Shown here piece by piece: positions 37,809 to 49,656 of a stretch of DNA of 64,000 nucleotides. The notes under the pieces are model-generated. The model saw only the letters and a program-made list of their open reading frames with translations, was not told the DNA's origin and did no database searches. How positions within the stretch are numbered: position 1 is the stretch's first letter; every line of letters begins with the position of its first letter. This DNA is from Selaginella moellendorffii (Eukaryota; Plantae; Lycopodiophyta). The translations under genes were made by a program, and so were the position numbers. The stretch covers positions 490,161-554,160 of the forward strand of contig NW_003314340.1 in assembly GCF_000143415.4 (NCBI RefSeq), read 5' to 3'.

Positions 37809-40243
37809 ATGGCGCACAGGCATCGCGTCGCGAGGCTGCTGCGATGGAAATGGCGGCGCGCTGGACCTGCGATGGCTCTTGTAAGTCACTGCCAGGAATC
37901 CTCCAGCTCGTGGATTGGATTGCGGGAGTTTTGGCTCGGGAGGATTGGCCACGGATCGCGATTTCCATCTCTTTCTCCATCGAGGGGCTATTCCATGGCT
38001 TCTGCGTCCACACAACCGCAAGAGAGTGAGAATGTGATGGCCGTGGACATGGGGCTAAACATTCTCAAGGACGGCGTGGATGTCAAGAGCGATGCTTTCC
38101 ACGCAAATCGCAAGGCTATGGAAAGACTCGTCTCCGAGCTTCGTGAGAATGTCCGCAAGGTGCTGCCGATCTTTCTCTCGACGTTCTCTACGTTTTCATT
38201 GTTTTTTCTTTGTTGAAAGGTTTGCAATGACAGGGACCCGAAGACTCTCAGCCGCCATAGAGCAAGAAACAAGCTCCTGCCGCGAGAAAGAATCGACCAA
38301 CTTTTGGATGCTGGATCGCCTTTCATCGAATTGTCCCAGGTGATAACAGTGTCACAGTTTTACTTCCTTTTCCTCTGATAAAATGTGACAAACTCTTGTG
38401 AGCAGCTAGCGGGATTCGACATGTATGACGAGCAAGTTCCTTCTGGAGGGATTGTCACAGGGATTGGATCGATCCACGGCCGGCTGTGTATGCTCGTCGC
38501 CAATGATCCAACAGTAAAAGGTGGAACTTACTATCCTATCACGGTAAAGAAGCACCTTCGAGCTCAAGAGATCGCAGCTCAATGCAGCCTCCCTTGTATA
38601 TATCTTGTGGACAGTGGAGGCGCAAATCTCCCCCGGCAAGCCGACGTTTTCCCGGATAGAGATCACTTTGGCAGGATTTTCTACAACCAAGCGCGGATGT
38701 CCGAGGCTGGAATACCTCAGATAGCGCTTGTTCTGGGCTCGTGTACAGCAGGTGGTGCTTACGTTCCAGCCATGGCCGATGAGAGTGTCATTGTGAAAGA
38801 AAATGGGACGATTTTTCTTGCTGGACCTCCCCTTGTCAAGGTACGGCTTCGTTCCTTTGTGGCTTCGTGGCTTTGTTCTCGTGCTGCTTTTGTTTTTGTT
38901 TTTCTGGCTTTTCCGTTTTCGTTTCTTTAACTTTCTTTCTGTGTGCTTTCTCAGGCTGCGACCGGAGAGGAAGTCACTGCTGAAAATCTCGGAGGAGCCG
39001 ATTTGCACTGTAAAGTATCAGGAGTAGCCGACCACTTTGCGAAAGGTAAGGATCTTTCAGTTCGAATGTTTGCTCACAGTTTTTATGTTCACAGATGAGC
39101 TGCATGCTCTTGGAATTGGTCGAAAGATTGTCCGGAATTTACATCTTGCTGCGTCAACTCCCAACGTAAAGCTGGACGAAGACGCTGTCGTAAGGGAACC
39201 ATTGTATGATCCTTCTGAATTGCATGGCATCATTCCAGAGGATTTGAGGCAGTCTTATGATATTCGCTCCGTCATTGCTCGAATTGTGGACGGAAGTGAG
39301 TTTCACGAGTTCAAGAAGCTATATGGAAGTGTAAGCTTTTTCGAATTTGTCTTCCTTCAAAACTTACTGATCTCAAATCTTCCAGACGCTGGTCACAGGA
39401 TTTGCAAAGATTCATGGACAGTCCGTTGGGATTCTGGGAAACAATGGAATTCTTTTCACTGAGTCAGCCTTGAAAGGTGCTCACTTCATTCAGCTCTGTG
39501 CTCAACGCCACATTCCGCTACTATTTCTTCAGAATATCACTGGCTTCATGGTTCGTATCAACGAACTTTATCCTTCTATCCATTTCATGTGATTTTATTT
39601 ATGATAATTTTAGGTGGGATCCAAATCCGAGGCTAGTGGTATTGCCAAAGCGGGTGCCAAAATGGTCATGGCTGTTGCTTGTGCCAAGGTTGCTTTGAAA
39701 AACTTTAGATAATAGTTTCTTACCTGTTTGAAACTTTTCTAGGTGCCCAAGATTACTGTGATAGTCGGAGGGAGCTACGGCGCCGGGAACTATGGAATGT
39801 GCGGACGTGCTTACAGTCCCAACTTCCTTTTTCTGTGGCCAAACGCTAGGATCTCGGTCATGGGAGGCAGCCAGGTATGTTTCTTCATATAGTTTTACTT
39901 GAGTCAGCGAGAGCTTTTTTCCGATCAGGCAGCAGGAGTTCTCGTGCAGATTGAGAAGGAGCAACGCTCCAGGAAAGGAAATCCAGTAAGTGTTTCTCGT
40001 GAACATTTCTTCTCTTGTATGATGGTGGCTCTGTTGCAGTGGAGCAAGGAAGAGGAGGAGCTGTTTAAATCCAAGACTGTAGAGTCTTATGAGCGAGAGG
40101 CCAATCCTTATTATGCTACTGCCAGGCTTTGGGACGATGGCGTGATTGATCCTGCGGACACGAGACAAGTTGTAGGACTGTGTCTCAAGGCCGCATCTCA
40201 AAGCTCTCCACAAACTTCGAAGTACGGAGTTTTTCGGATGTAA
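37809..40243 (+). CDS. MCCB: Methylcrotonyl-CoA carboxylase beta subunit, mitochondrial, multi-exon
   Basis: Motifs [50 protein letters not shown] and [18 protein letters not shown]. Ends YGVFRM*. Confidence 0.95.
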
Positions 40244-41339
40244 CTACAGAAGATTGGATCTAACAAGATCTGCAAGATGAATACTATTTTATAGTCCTCA
40301 ACTTTACTTATTCATTCTTATTTAATCAGGGTACAAAAATGCAAGTGAAGTCTGAGAACTTTACTTTGTTCCACGTTTAGCTAAGTCACTCGCTATCATG
40401 TTTCTAAGCCTAACATATCTAAAATAGTATAAATAGTAGTATAATTATAATAAGGCTTACTGTTAATATCTAGAGAAGTGAAGACAATAATTACTACTAA
40501 AATACTAAAGCAATAGAAAAGAAAAGATAAATTTATATGAATACTCTGACTTTAGAAATTAATTAAGTTTATATCTCAAGTTAATTTAGAAAGTTAAACT
40601 CTTCATACTAATTCTAAATACTCATTCATGTGCATTTTTTATTTTGAGTTTAAATCTGATGAATTAAGGTTTAAGGTTTAATTCCCACAACAATCAGTAG
40701 TGGTGAATATACTCTCAATAAATACAAAGAGATGACAAATACATAATATTATCCCCCTAATGTTGAGAATCAAGCAACAACTAAAGTGGTGTAAGACCAT
40801 GCTTAAGTAGATAATATTGATGGAGATTCACAACAAACTTAAAAGCATAAGCATGATGAGAAACAAACTCTTAAGTATGATTGTTAGGAAAATATCCAAG
40901 TTAATCAATTAAATAATAGAGTTTGGCAGCAACCTTAAATTTCTACTCTGCAATAATAACCATTGGTGGTGATTGGAATATAAACAAAATCAAAAAGGGC
41001 ATAATAAAGTTTTAATGAAGAAAAATGAAACATTGTATGAATGGAGAAAGATTAAGTCAATAAATGATTTAGATATGTGAGAAAGCAAAAAGAAAGAACA
41101 CAATCATTGATAATCTAACTTGCTACAAGGGCATATAGTCTTTCAATAATAATGAAGAAGTTAAAGGCTTAAATTGGTAAGAATAATGAATAGTACAATA
41201 ATGAGAGAAAGGTGACGGTGAACATCTATCATCTCATGAAGATAGAACTCATAAAGAGAATTTAAAGGAGTAGCATGAGCAATAATAAAATTATTTATAA
41301 GATCTAGTATTAAAGGAAAATAAATATAACCAATGAGGA

Positions 41340-42100
41340 TTAATGTTATAGTTGAAAAAGAATGAAAAGTGATGTTTTAAAGAATACTAAGAATTATTAT
41401 ATACAAACTTAATAAAAAAGATTAACTCAATCATTTTGTTAATGGGAAATAAAATATTAAAGATATTGCTCTTTTATCTTCTATCTAGTCTTCTCCAATC
41501 TAAGGTTTAGATTAACTCAATCTAAACCTTGAAAGCTTTAGAAATTTATTTATATGGATTTCCTTACTAATCTTCTACCTTCTTAAAGATTTGATAACAT
41601 CTTTGTTGTGGTCAATTAGTTTTCCAAAATGGCACGTTTCTTGGCATGTCAAAAGAATATTAATGAAAAACAGTTGGTTAAGCTTATTTATAAAAAGATT
41701 TTCCATCTTTATGGACTACCAAATGATATTTTTAATGATTAAAGGCTTTAATTTGTTTTCACATTTGGTGCTAGTTTATTTCCTTTTTTGTCAAAAACAA
41801 ATTGTTAACTTCTCTTAGACTAATGGGTAATGAACAGGTATTATTTAAAATATTTGAGTAGTATCTTGATGTTTTATTTCCCATCAATAACATAATTGAA
41901 TTGATTTCCTTTGTTGTATTCAGTTTACTTATAATAATTTTTAGCATTTTTCAACACATCACTCTCCATTTTTTGTGTACTATGGCTTTAATCCTCATTA
42001 GTCATATTATCCTTGTTAGCTAGAAAAACACTACAAGAAAATATTTGCCAAACTTCTTGAACAAATAGATGGGTCGCTTAAACTATTTCAATTTGCGACT
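41340..42100 (+). mobile_element. Highly decayed Ty3/gypsy LTR-retrotransposon integrase remnant
   Basis: Broken peptides MDFLTNL, FDNIFVVVN*FSKMARF and FTYNN...HFSTHHSPFFVYYGFNP in strongly AT-shifted DNA. Confidence 0.7.
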
Positions 42101-42499
42101 TAAAGAGTGATCAAGAGGAGTAGAGAGCTATACAAAGAAATTAATTTAAAAATGAAAGAAATCAAGGAGAGTTTTATGTTGGAAGTCAATCACAAAGTTT
42201 TTAGGTGAAGGTGTGAGATAATTATATATCAAGTAAGAGCATCATCTTTCCCATTTGTTTTTCTTGAATGATGTATAATTGTAAATTAAAAACATGATAG
42301 TGATTATAACTGTCAAGCCTGTCACTAATTGAAAATATGTGTCAAGGACAAATATTGAAGATCTTTGGATCATTATATTATAAGATATAAATCTCTAAGT
42401 CCTAAAGTAGAGTTGAAAGTGTACTATGTGATAGCTGAAATGAAAGTTCAACAAGTGTTACAAATTTGGACTAAAATGTTTGATTTGAAAAGTTGAGAG

Positions 42500-43565
42500 T
42501 AAGAGTGAAACTCTCAAAGAAGTGTTTAAGGAAAAAGGATGAAGTGATTGATAGGTGATTCTCTAGGAAGGGATAAAAAAAAAGATTGACACGTGGCAAA
42601 TGTTGAGATTGAGTTTAAGATCAAGATTGAATTTGATATGGAGTTCAAGATCAGATTCAACTCTATTTATTGGCTAAAGGAATTACTCCACATATTGAGA
42701 TTAATATTTGACATTTTAATTTGCTCTAGCTAGGCTTGAGAATAAAGTTTTTTGGAGAACCATAGCTCTCAATTTCTATTCATGAAAGTGTGAACTTAAA
42801 GAAAAGCATGGTAAATTGTAAAAAAAAACTTGAGACACAATATATAAGAGTTAAAATATAGAGGGAAATGGCTCATTAATAAGTGTATATATACTTGTTT
42901 CAATCTGTTAAAAGTCTTGGAATACTTAGGTAAACATAAGTACTATTAGCTTGAATGACATCCCAGAAGGTCCGAATTCAAAAATTTAAATTTGGTATAA
43001 AAAAGGTTTTATATCTAATTCATCATTTAAATACAACCTTAACTCTTTAGGTTATTTCATCATTTAATAAAAGCAGCAAAGTTACTATTTCAAGGATATA
43101 TATTTGACCTCCTATAGTCATCAATTACATAAGAATAATTTTATGACTAATTTATTGTTTAGGAGTTCTTGTCCTTCTTGTCCTTCTTTTAAGTGATCCT
43201 AACTATACTTATTTACTATAATTATATTAAAATCAATTTATTTAATCAAACTCTTATATATATCACATCCTTAAGCTCTCTAATGAAAACTTTTTATGAT
43301 TCCCAAGATCTTAAAATTATTCCTTTTTTAACCTTTTTTTTAAGTTCATATATGAATTAAAGTGGAGAGCTATGTCCTCCTGACATGCTACTCCTTGAAT
43401 ATACCCCCACTCTTGGGACCTTCAAATGTCAATATCAAGTGGAGTTATATTTAACTATCAATAAAAGTTAGATTAAAGAATAACTTCAATACTAAGTTGT
43501 AAAATTTTTCATTATACTTTAGTTACTCAATCATGCCTTTAACCACTTAAAGAATTTTCACTCAC
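42500..43565. repeat. Degenerate inverted repeat (arms ~42500-42852 and ~43250-43565)
   Basis: Reverse-complement anchors tatataagagtt/aactcttatata, catagctctc...gaacttaa/ttaagttc...gagagctatg and gagtgaaa/tttcactc. Confidence 0.55.
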
Positions 43566-45227
43566 AACCTCTATAAGTACTTATCCTGACTTAAAGAACT
43601 TATTAGCCCTTATAAGTAATCTCAAATCCATGTTAACGAAGCATTTGGTTTGTGTTTAATCTCACTTTAGACACTTAAAGGTATCATCAAAGTGTTAACC
43701 TTTTACATTAAAGCCCTCTTTTCTATTAATCTTATACATTAAGGCCATATTTTCTAGTCTTACTAGGGTTGACCTAGACCCCACTTTTGCCTCATTGAGA
43801 TAATGGTTGCTTTTACTGCTGGTGAAATATTAGTGCCTAAAACTTATACATAAGTGTAACACATTCTATTTCTCCTCCTTTAAAAGGTTTTAAGAATGCA
43901 TAGTGATAGTATATTTAAATCTAATTCCATCATCATAGGGTTATACTCACCTCCCTTTAAAGATGGCAATTAATCATTCACTTGTACCTCACATACCCTA
44001 CAAGACGAAGGACATACTCATAGATATAATATTTATAATTTTGATTTTTAAGGTAAAAAATATACCTTGTCCAAGGGTATTATATTTTAAATAGCCATTA
44101 ATCAATATGAATTAAACCTGTGTTATTTGCTCTAATATCATATCTTTTCTTTTAAGCCAAATGGAAAAAAACAGCAATTATTTAATGAGAGTGGCTATTT
44201 TATTTATATCCTCTAAAATTCCAATAACAATATATTCAAATTTCATCTCATAAACACATACTCCAAGAAATTAAATTCTAACTTGCAGCAATAAAAGATG
44301 CATAGCAAAAAAATGGCACTCACTGCTGGTTTCTTCCATTCCTGCTGGGGGGAAACTTGTGACCCTCCACACTATCCTAATTATACTTGTTTAGATGCTT
44401 TGAGCGACAAAGAAATACACGCAACTATGTGACGCTTGCATGGGGAGGCCTATTTTGCTCCACCACCTACTCTGCAACACTGATGGTGCAAGGGATGGGC
44501 ACGCCATGCTGCTTCATTACTAGCCAGCTACCCCAAGATTGGAAGAAGTATTTTGCTGGGAAATTGGAGATCCAGGGCCAGCCGATCAGGTCTATCGGGT
44601 TGCTGATGATGTGTCACATGCCCCATATCTTCCCTTCAAGGCTGACTCCGTGAAAAGAATCCCAACCTCACTTCATTCGGAGCTCTGTGCTCAACTCCTG
44701 GTTCGTATTATCCATCACTTGTGATTTGGTTTGCCCATTGGAAGAATGATCAATAGCAAATTTCCAAGAGTCAAGCCAAGAACTAGAGTCTTTTCTCTCA
44801 CCGAGAGTCTGAGCTTCTTGGGCTGCATGATTAAAATTTTCTCTTTCTCGTGAGTTAAAGGCTATAACTGATAAAGGAGCCCCAGCTCCTCAAGTATGGA
44901 GGAGAGGAAAGTCAAAGTTTTGCCCATTCTGGCTCTCCGATGTAAATGAAAAGCTCAATCAATCGAAAGATCTCTCCACTGCTTTTTTTCTGCTGAAGGG
45001 AGTAGTGCCAAACTTTTTCCAGGATGGATTTGTCTCAGCAAAAGAAGATGAATCAACTGCGCCTGAATTGGACTGTGACACGAAGATGGCAACGTGCTTT
45101 TAAGCCAATACGAGAGGATGATCTTTCTATAAAGAAAGTAGAAAGTCAAGCTGCGCAAAAGGAAGGAAGAAAGTCGTGAGATCCAGCAACAAGCAGTGAA
45201 GATCAACAGCAAAAGAAACTAAAGAAC

Positions 45228-46298
45228 TTAACACGAGAACCACACAAGCTCCACTTGTCCTCGAGCTCCGCTCAAAACATCAGAGGCATCAGGAGCTGCC
45301 CTCAACACATCCGGCGCATCAACCTCTGACCACCTCCTGGAATCAACTCCATAGTGCACAATGCGCGACTTGGCCACCAGCCATACACTGTCCTTCCCAT
45401 CGGTGCATGTCAACTTGTCCCGCAGTGACGGATCACGAAGCTCCTCGTCAGAGTACGACACAGCCTCCCACTTCCCTCCCCGCGCCTCAGCGACAACCAG
45501 CCCCATCTGTTCCATGTCTTCGCTCACCAGCAGAAGTCGGTCCCGATCCAGCTGAAGGAAGCACCAGCTATAAAGTCCCAGCTCCAACTCGTTGGCATCA
45601 ACCTGGAAAACCCGCCAGGAACCATCCCACACGTTGTATCTCGCGATCCTCGAGGCCCTCGGGCAAAACTGTACCACCTCACCGTGATCCAGCATCGGAG
45701 AGAAGGCCTTCCCTTTGATAGTAGCCGATACATCTGGGCAGTCTTTGCGCCTGGACCACTCGCCACAAGCCGAGTCGTAGATGTGCATCGAGAGCGAGGG
45801 CCTGTCGAACCTAGGGGGCCTGTTGAAGCTAGCAATGCAAAACTCTGGCGTCGATCGATCCCTCTCGCGGCTGTACACCACCATGCTAGTTCCATTGCTG
45901 ACCACCGGCGGCAAAGGGACTCTCACCGGTGAGGAGTTGAGATCACTGTAGCGCCACACGAAGATGGAGTTGGGGCGCTGGAACTCCACAACGGTAGCCA
46001 GGCAGAGCAAGCCGGCGTCGCTGCTGACAATCCTCATGCCCTCCGGGAGCGTCTGGAAGTGACGCCACTGGCCGCTGCAAGGGGAGTTCTCCACCGGCTT
46101 GACGAAGAGGGACGAGCACCAGGCAATGCGGAGGCAGAGGAGAGGGATGCAGGCGTGGGAGCGCGCGTACCATTTACGGAAGCTGGGATCGTCAATTGTT
46201 CGTTGCCAATCACGGCACACGCACCTCGCCTGGCACCGATCGATTGCAGAAAGCCTGAAGAAGACGAGCTCCACACATTCACCGCTGCCTCCTTGCAT
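45228..46298 (-). CDS. F-box protein with F-box-associated/kelch-like beta domain, intronless
   Basis: ECVELVFFRLSAIDRCQARCVCRDWQRTIDDPSF (F-box), VSSDAGLLCL and IYDSACGEW. First ATG at 46298. Confidence 0.85.
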   Translation of the reverse strand: MQGGSGECVELVFFRLSAIDRCQARCVCRDWQRTIDDPSFRKWYARSHACIPLLCLRIAWCSSLFVKPVENSPCSGQWRHFQTLPEGMRIVSSDAGLLCLATVVEFQRPNSIFVWRYSDLNSSPVRVPLPPVVSNGTSMVVYSRERDRSTPEFCIASFNRPPRFDRPSLSMHIYDSACGEWSRRKDCPDVSATIKGKAFSPMLDHGEVVQFCPRASRIARYNVWDGSWRVFQVDANELELGLYSWCFLQLDRDRLLLVSEDMEQMGLVVAEARGGKWEAVSYSDEELRDPSLRDKLTCTDGKDSVWLVAKSRIVHYGVDSRRWSEVDAPDVLRAAPDASDVLSGARGQVELVWFSC

Positions 46299-46340
46299 CC
46301 TGTGTGCCCAAGTTTGCTCTAGGTGTTTCGTCAATAGCTT

Positions 46341-46530
46341 GCCTGTTGGGATTCTGGTAAACAATGGAATTATTTCCACGGAATCAGCCTTGGAAGGTGC
46401 TCACTTCATTCAGCTCTGCAACGCCACTGTTTCTCCTTGAAAAAAAATTCTCACCGAGATGGCGTTTGAACATTTCGATCCTGCGGACACCAGACACGTT
46501 TTAGGTCCGTGTCTCAAGGCTGTGTCTAAA
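46341..46530 (+). pseudogene. Collapsed partial copy of MCCB
   Basis: 46341-46427 matches MCCB 39421-39511 (GILGNNG...GAHFIQLC). 46476-46530 matches 40147-40200 (DPADTR..VGLCLKA). Confidence 0.88.
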
Positions 46531-47079
46531 CGAGTACAATTATTACAAGTACACTTGTTGACACCACGTTTATTTTTATTTTGCATATGCAAAACTTATA
46601 AATATTATAATCACAGATTATAAAGAATCAAGTATGGCATATTTATAGAGAGGTCATGGCATGCAATTTGTAAAAAAGTGAGTGTTACTGTGGTAAATTT
46701 CACTCACAATATAGTGTCTATGTGGCAGTTTTCTATTGGTTCAACATTAAATGTCATTTGGATGCCTCATGGATGATGGCCGATGTCCCCATAATATGAA
46801 CAATGTGCTAGACATAGATGCCACATATCATCAAATTTAACCCCATGACATAGGGATTTATCAAGTCATCCTTGCTTTAGCACTTTGCTTTAGTGCTTTG
46901 TTATTCGGCATGTTTCTTGGTAGCAAATATGGAAGGTAACTTGATTTGCTAATGATTAGTTTCAAATGTTTTTGTGGGTAGTGTTGGAAGTGCCTTTGAT
47001 TTATTACTAGATTGCTCTCTATAAACTTCGAAGTTCCTATAATTCCCTCCCTAAATTTGTGTCACTAAAACTTTTTCTT

Positions 47080-48740
47080 CTAGGTTTACTGGAAGACGTG
47101 GAGGAAGAGGAGGTGGATGGCCTTCCATCCAATTTTAATGATTCAAACTGTGGTTCAGGTGTGGATAATGACAACAATGCACTCTTAGAGGTTTGCTTAG
47201 TTTCCAACCTCTTAGATTTATAATTTGCACATTTCTAGGCCTTCTATAATTTTTTGCGATCGAGAGGATTCGGTAGTCCAGCTGCATTTGGCACTTGGAT
47301 ACACCTGAAGATCCTCAAGACTAAGACTACTGCTTACTTTAGCTATCTTAGAATTTCCAAGCCAACACTGTACAAATACATGCGGCTTGTTAATCCAAAT
47401 TGAAGAGGTGTATATTACAGAGCACCACCCGAAGAGGTACTTCATCACATTCAGACTAACAATGCTATGAATCAAGGTGACACAAATTGGGGGATTATCA
47501 ATTCCCAATTTCGCTATCGAACTAGAGGATACCAGTTTAGCCAATGCCAAATTCGTGAGGCATTAACCACTCATGATCTAACTAGGCCAGAACAAAGGCA
47601 CATGACAAAAATTCGATGATGGATTTACAGGAATAAGGACTTTGCCATATGGATTGTGAGTATTCTTTCATTTCTGCTTTTTTGTTAGCACATGTGGTAA
47701 CATGTTTATTGTAGCATATTGCAAACTTGTAAGCTATGGTTTCTATGTATATGCTATTATTTGTGGGGCAACTCATTATATTGTAGCTTGCAAGCTAGCT
47801 ACCTCCAAAGAATCCAATGCAATATTCAACATATATGCATAAGTTGTTCGTCAATTTGGAAGGCCCAAGTGCATCCGGAGCGACAATGCTCCAAAGAACA
47901 ATGAGGTTGAAAGGGACATGGTCCATTGTTAAGGTCCTGTAGCTAAGAGTTTCATACGTGGGACATCAACACGTAACTAAGTACTCGCAACATTAGAGTT
48001 TTTCTAAATAAGGATTAAATCAAATTTATTTTATAGAGCATTTATGGAGAGAGCTTTTTGAGCGCATGATTTGGTTTTATAAACACCTTTTTGAGTCCAT
48101 GGAAGATATAAGAATTCTCGATGTATCTAATCCATGGCACAACCAAAGTCTACGTTGTGTCTTTGCTCTGTACCTCATGAAGGATATTTCACACTGGGTT
48201 GCAACCTAAAACCTCTATGAGGTCTATTCATATTGATATGGTGATTATTTCAGACCATCTTATGTTCTTACAAACTTATTTCAACCAATGGAACAAGAGT
48301 TTGGGTAAGAATTTTGGTAATGTTACAGAATTCTTTATAAATTGTGCTTTTGTAGGATTATGCCAACTGTTGGTGGAAAAGATATTGAAGACATACTTGG
48401 ACTATTTCTCTCCAATGTCAAAGGTGCAACTCTATTAAAGGTAATCTTTAGAGCAAGAATAGAATAATTTCTTTTAATCTATTTCGTTATGCTTGGCTAC
48501 TTTACAAACTCTTAGCACTGTTCGAAACCAAGCATTTTTTATGTATCGGGAGGGACTCAACTTGGATGAGTAATATTTACTTCATTTGGATTTAACAATG
48601 GAGTGTGTAATGGTTGATGTTGCGAGTGTAGATTTACCACTTTACATTGAGGGTGCCTTGCCTATAGCAACACCAGTGACGTGATGAGCTTTGGAAAAAT
48701 TATACTTGGCCATACTTGGAGAAAATTGAGTGTTCTTTAG
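47080..48740 (+). pseudogene. Spliced integrase-core (IS3-like) DDE transposase with stops/frameshifts
   Basis: RTRGYQFSQCQIREAL...KIR*WIY; HMD|SYCKLVSYGFYVYAIICGA; FGRPKCIRSDNAPKN; SFIRGTSTRN*|IEHLWRELF...FYKHLFESMED..ILDVSN. Confidence 0.8.
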
Positions 48741-49309
48741 TGTACATTTCAAATTTAAATTCAATTCTTGATTTCCTCAATTTTAGGGTTCCCATGTTTG
48801 GGATTAGGGTTTACACTAAGTCCCACCCATATTAAATGTGCCTTGGATATAGGGCAATTTTATTTTATGACATGATCTTGTCGATGGTTCATTCATTCTT
48901 CCAATCGATTTATGTCATCTAACTGGAGGCAAGGCTTCTAGTGCACACTCCCCCGATCGCAGGACCACCACCCAAGCAAGAGCGTCATAACTGTGATGGT
49001 GGGTAACTTCTCCTCGATCAAGTTTGCATAACCAATTCCTTGTGGTTTCCATGCTCAAAGCAAGAACACCACACACCTCAACAGCAATAGACACTATGCA
49101 GAAAACACCTCGTGAGCATGCACCCAAGCACTCGATTTTTTACAATCGATACAACCAATAGTCCCACAAGACACACACCAGCCACTTGATTTTCCAAGCT
49201 TTGCAGCAGGGACATCAACTCCAATAGCATCCTATCCATAGCTCCCAAGTGCATTTAAGCAAGCAGAGTGCCACTTAATATTGCATACACTGCAACATAT
49301 GTGGAACCT

Positions 49310-49604
49310 CTAGATGCTTTATTTCGTTAAAGTGGGACTTATTCAGTAAAGTGGGACATTAATTAGCATGTATCCACATGCCATTTCCTAGTACTTAATT
49401 AATATTTATTAATATTTCTATCAGTTTTTTAATTTATTTTTTATATTTCACAATATTATAACACAAAATCATATGAAAAGTTTTTAATTTATAAATTATA
49501 AAGTTAAAACTTCAATTTTTTATTGTTGTTATAAAAATGGCATGTGGCCACACACCATAAGTGGGATAATGAAAAGTCCCACTTTAATGAAATAAAGCAT
49601 CTAG
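49310..49604. mobile_element. ~295-bp MITE nested in the large element
   Basis: TIR ctagatgctttatttcgttaaagtgggactt / aagtcccactttaatgaaataaagcatctag (1 mismatch in 31). Subterminal ccacatgccattt/aaatggcatgtgg. AT-rich core. The TSD reads as TA or CTAG. Confidence 0.88.
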
Positions 49605-49656
49605 CATGTTTCATTTTCCTCGCCTTCCTTGGAAAGCAGCAGCCCGAGCGTCCGAA

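Noticed and set aside
46299-46379. N-terminal extension of the F-box ORF
   Set aside because: It begins at a non-ATG codon and is partly antisense MCCB remnant.
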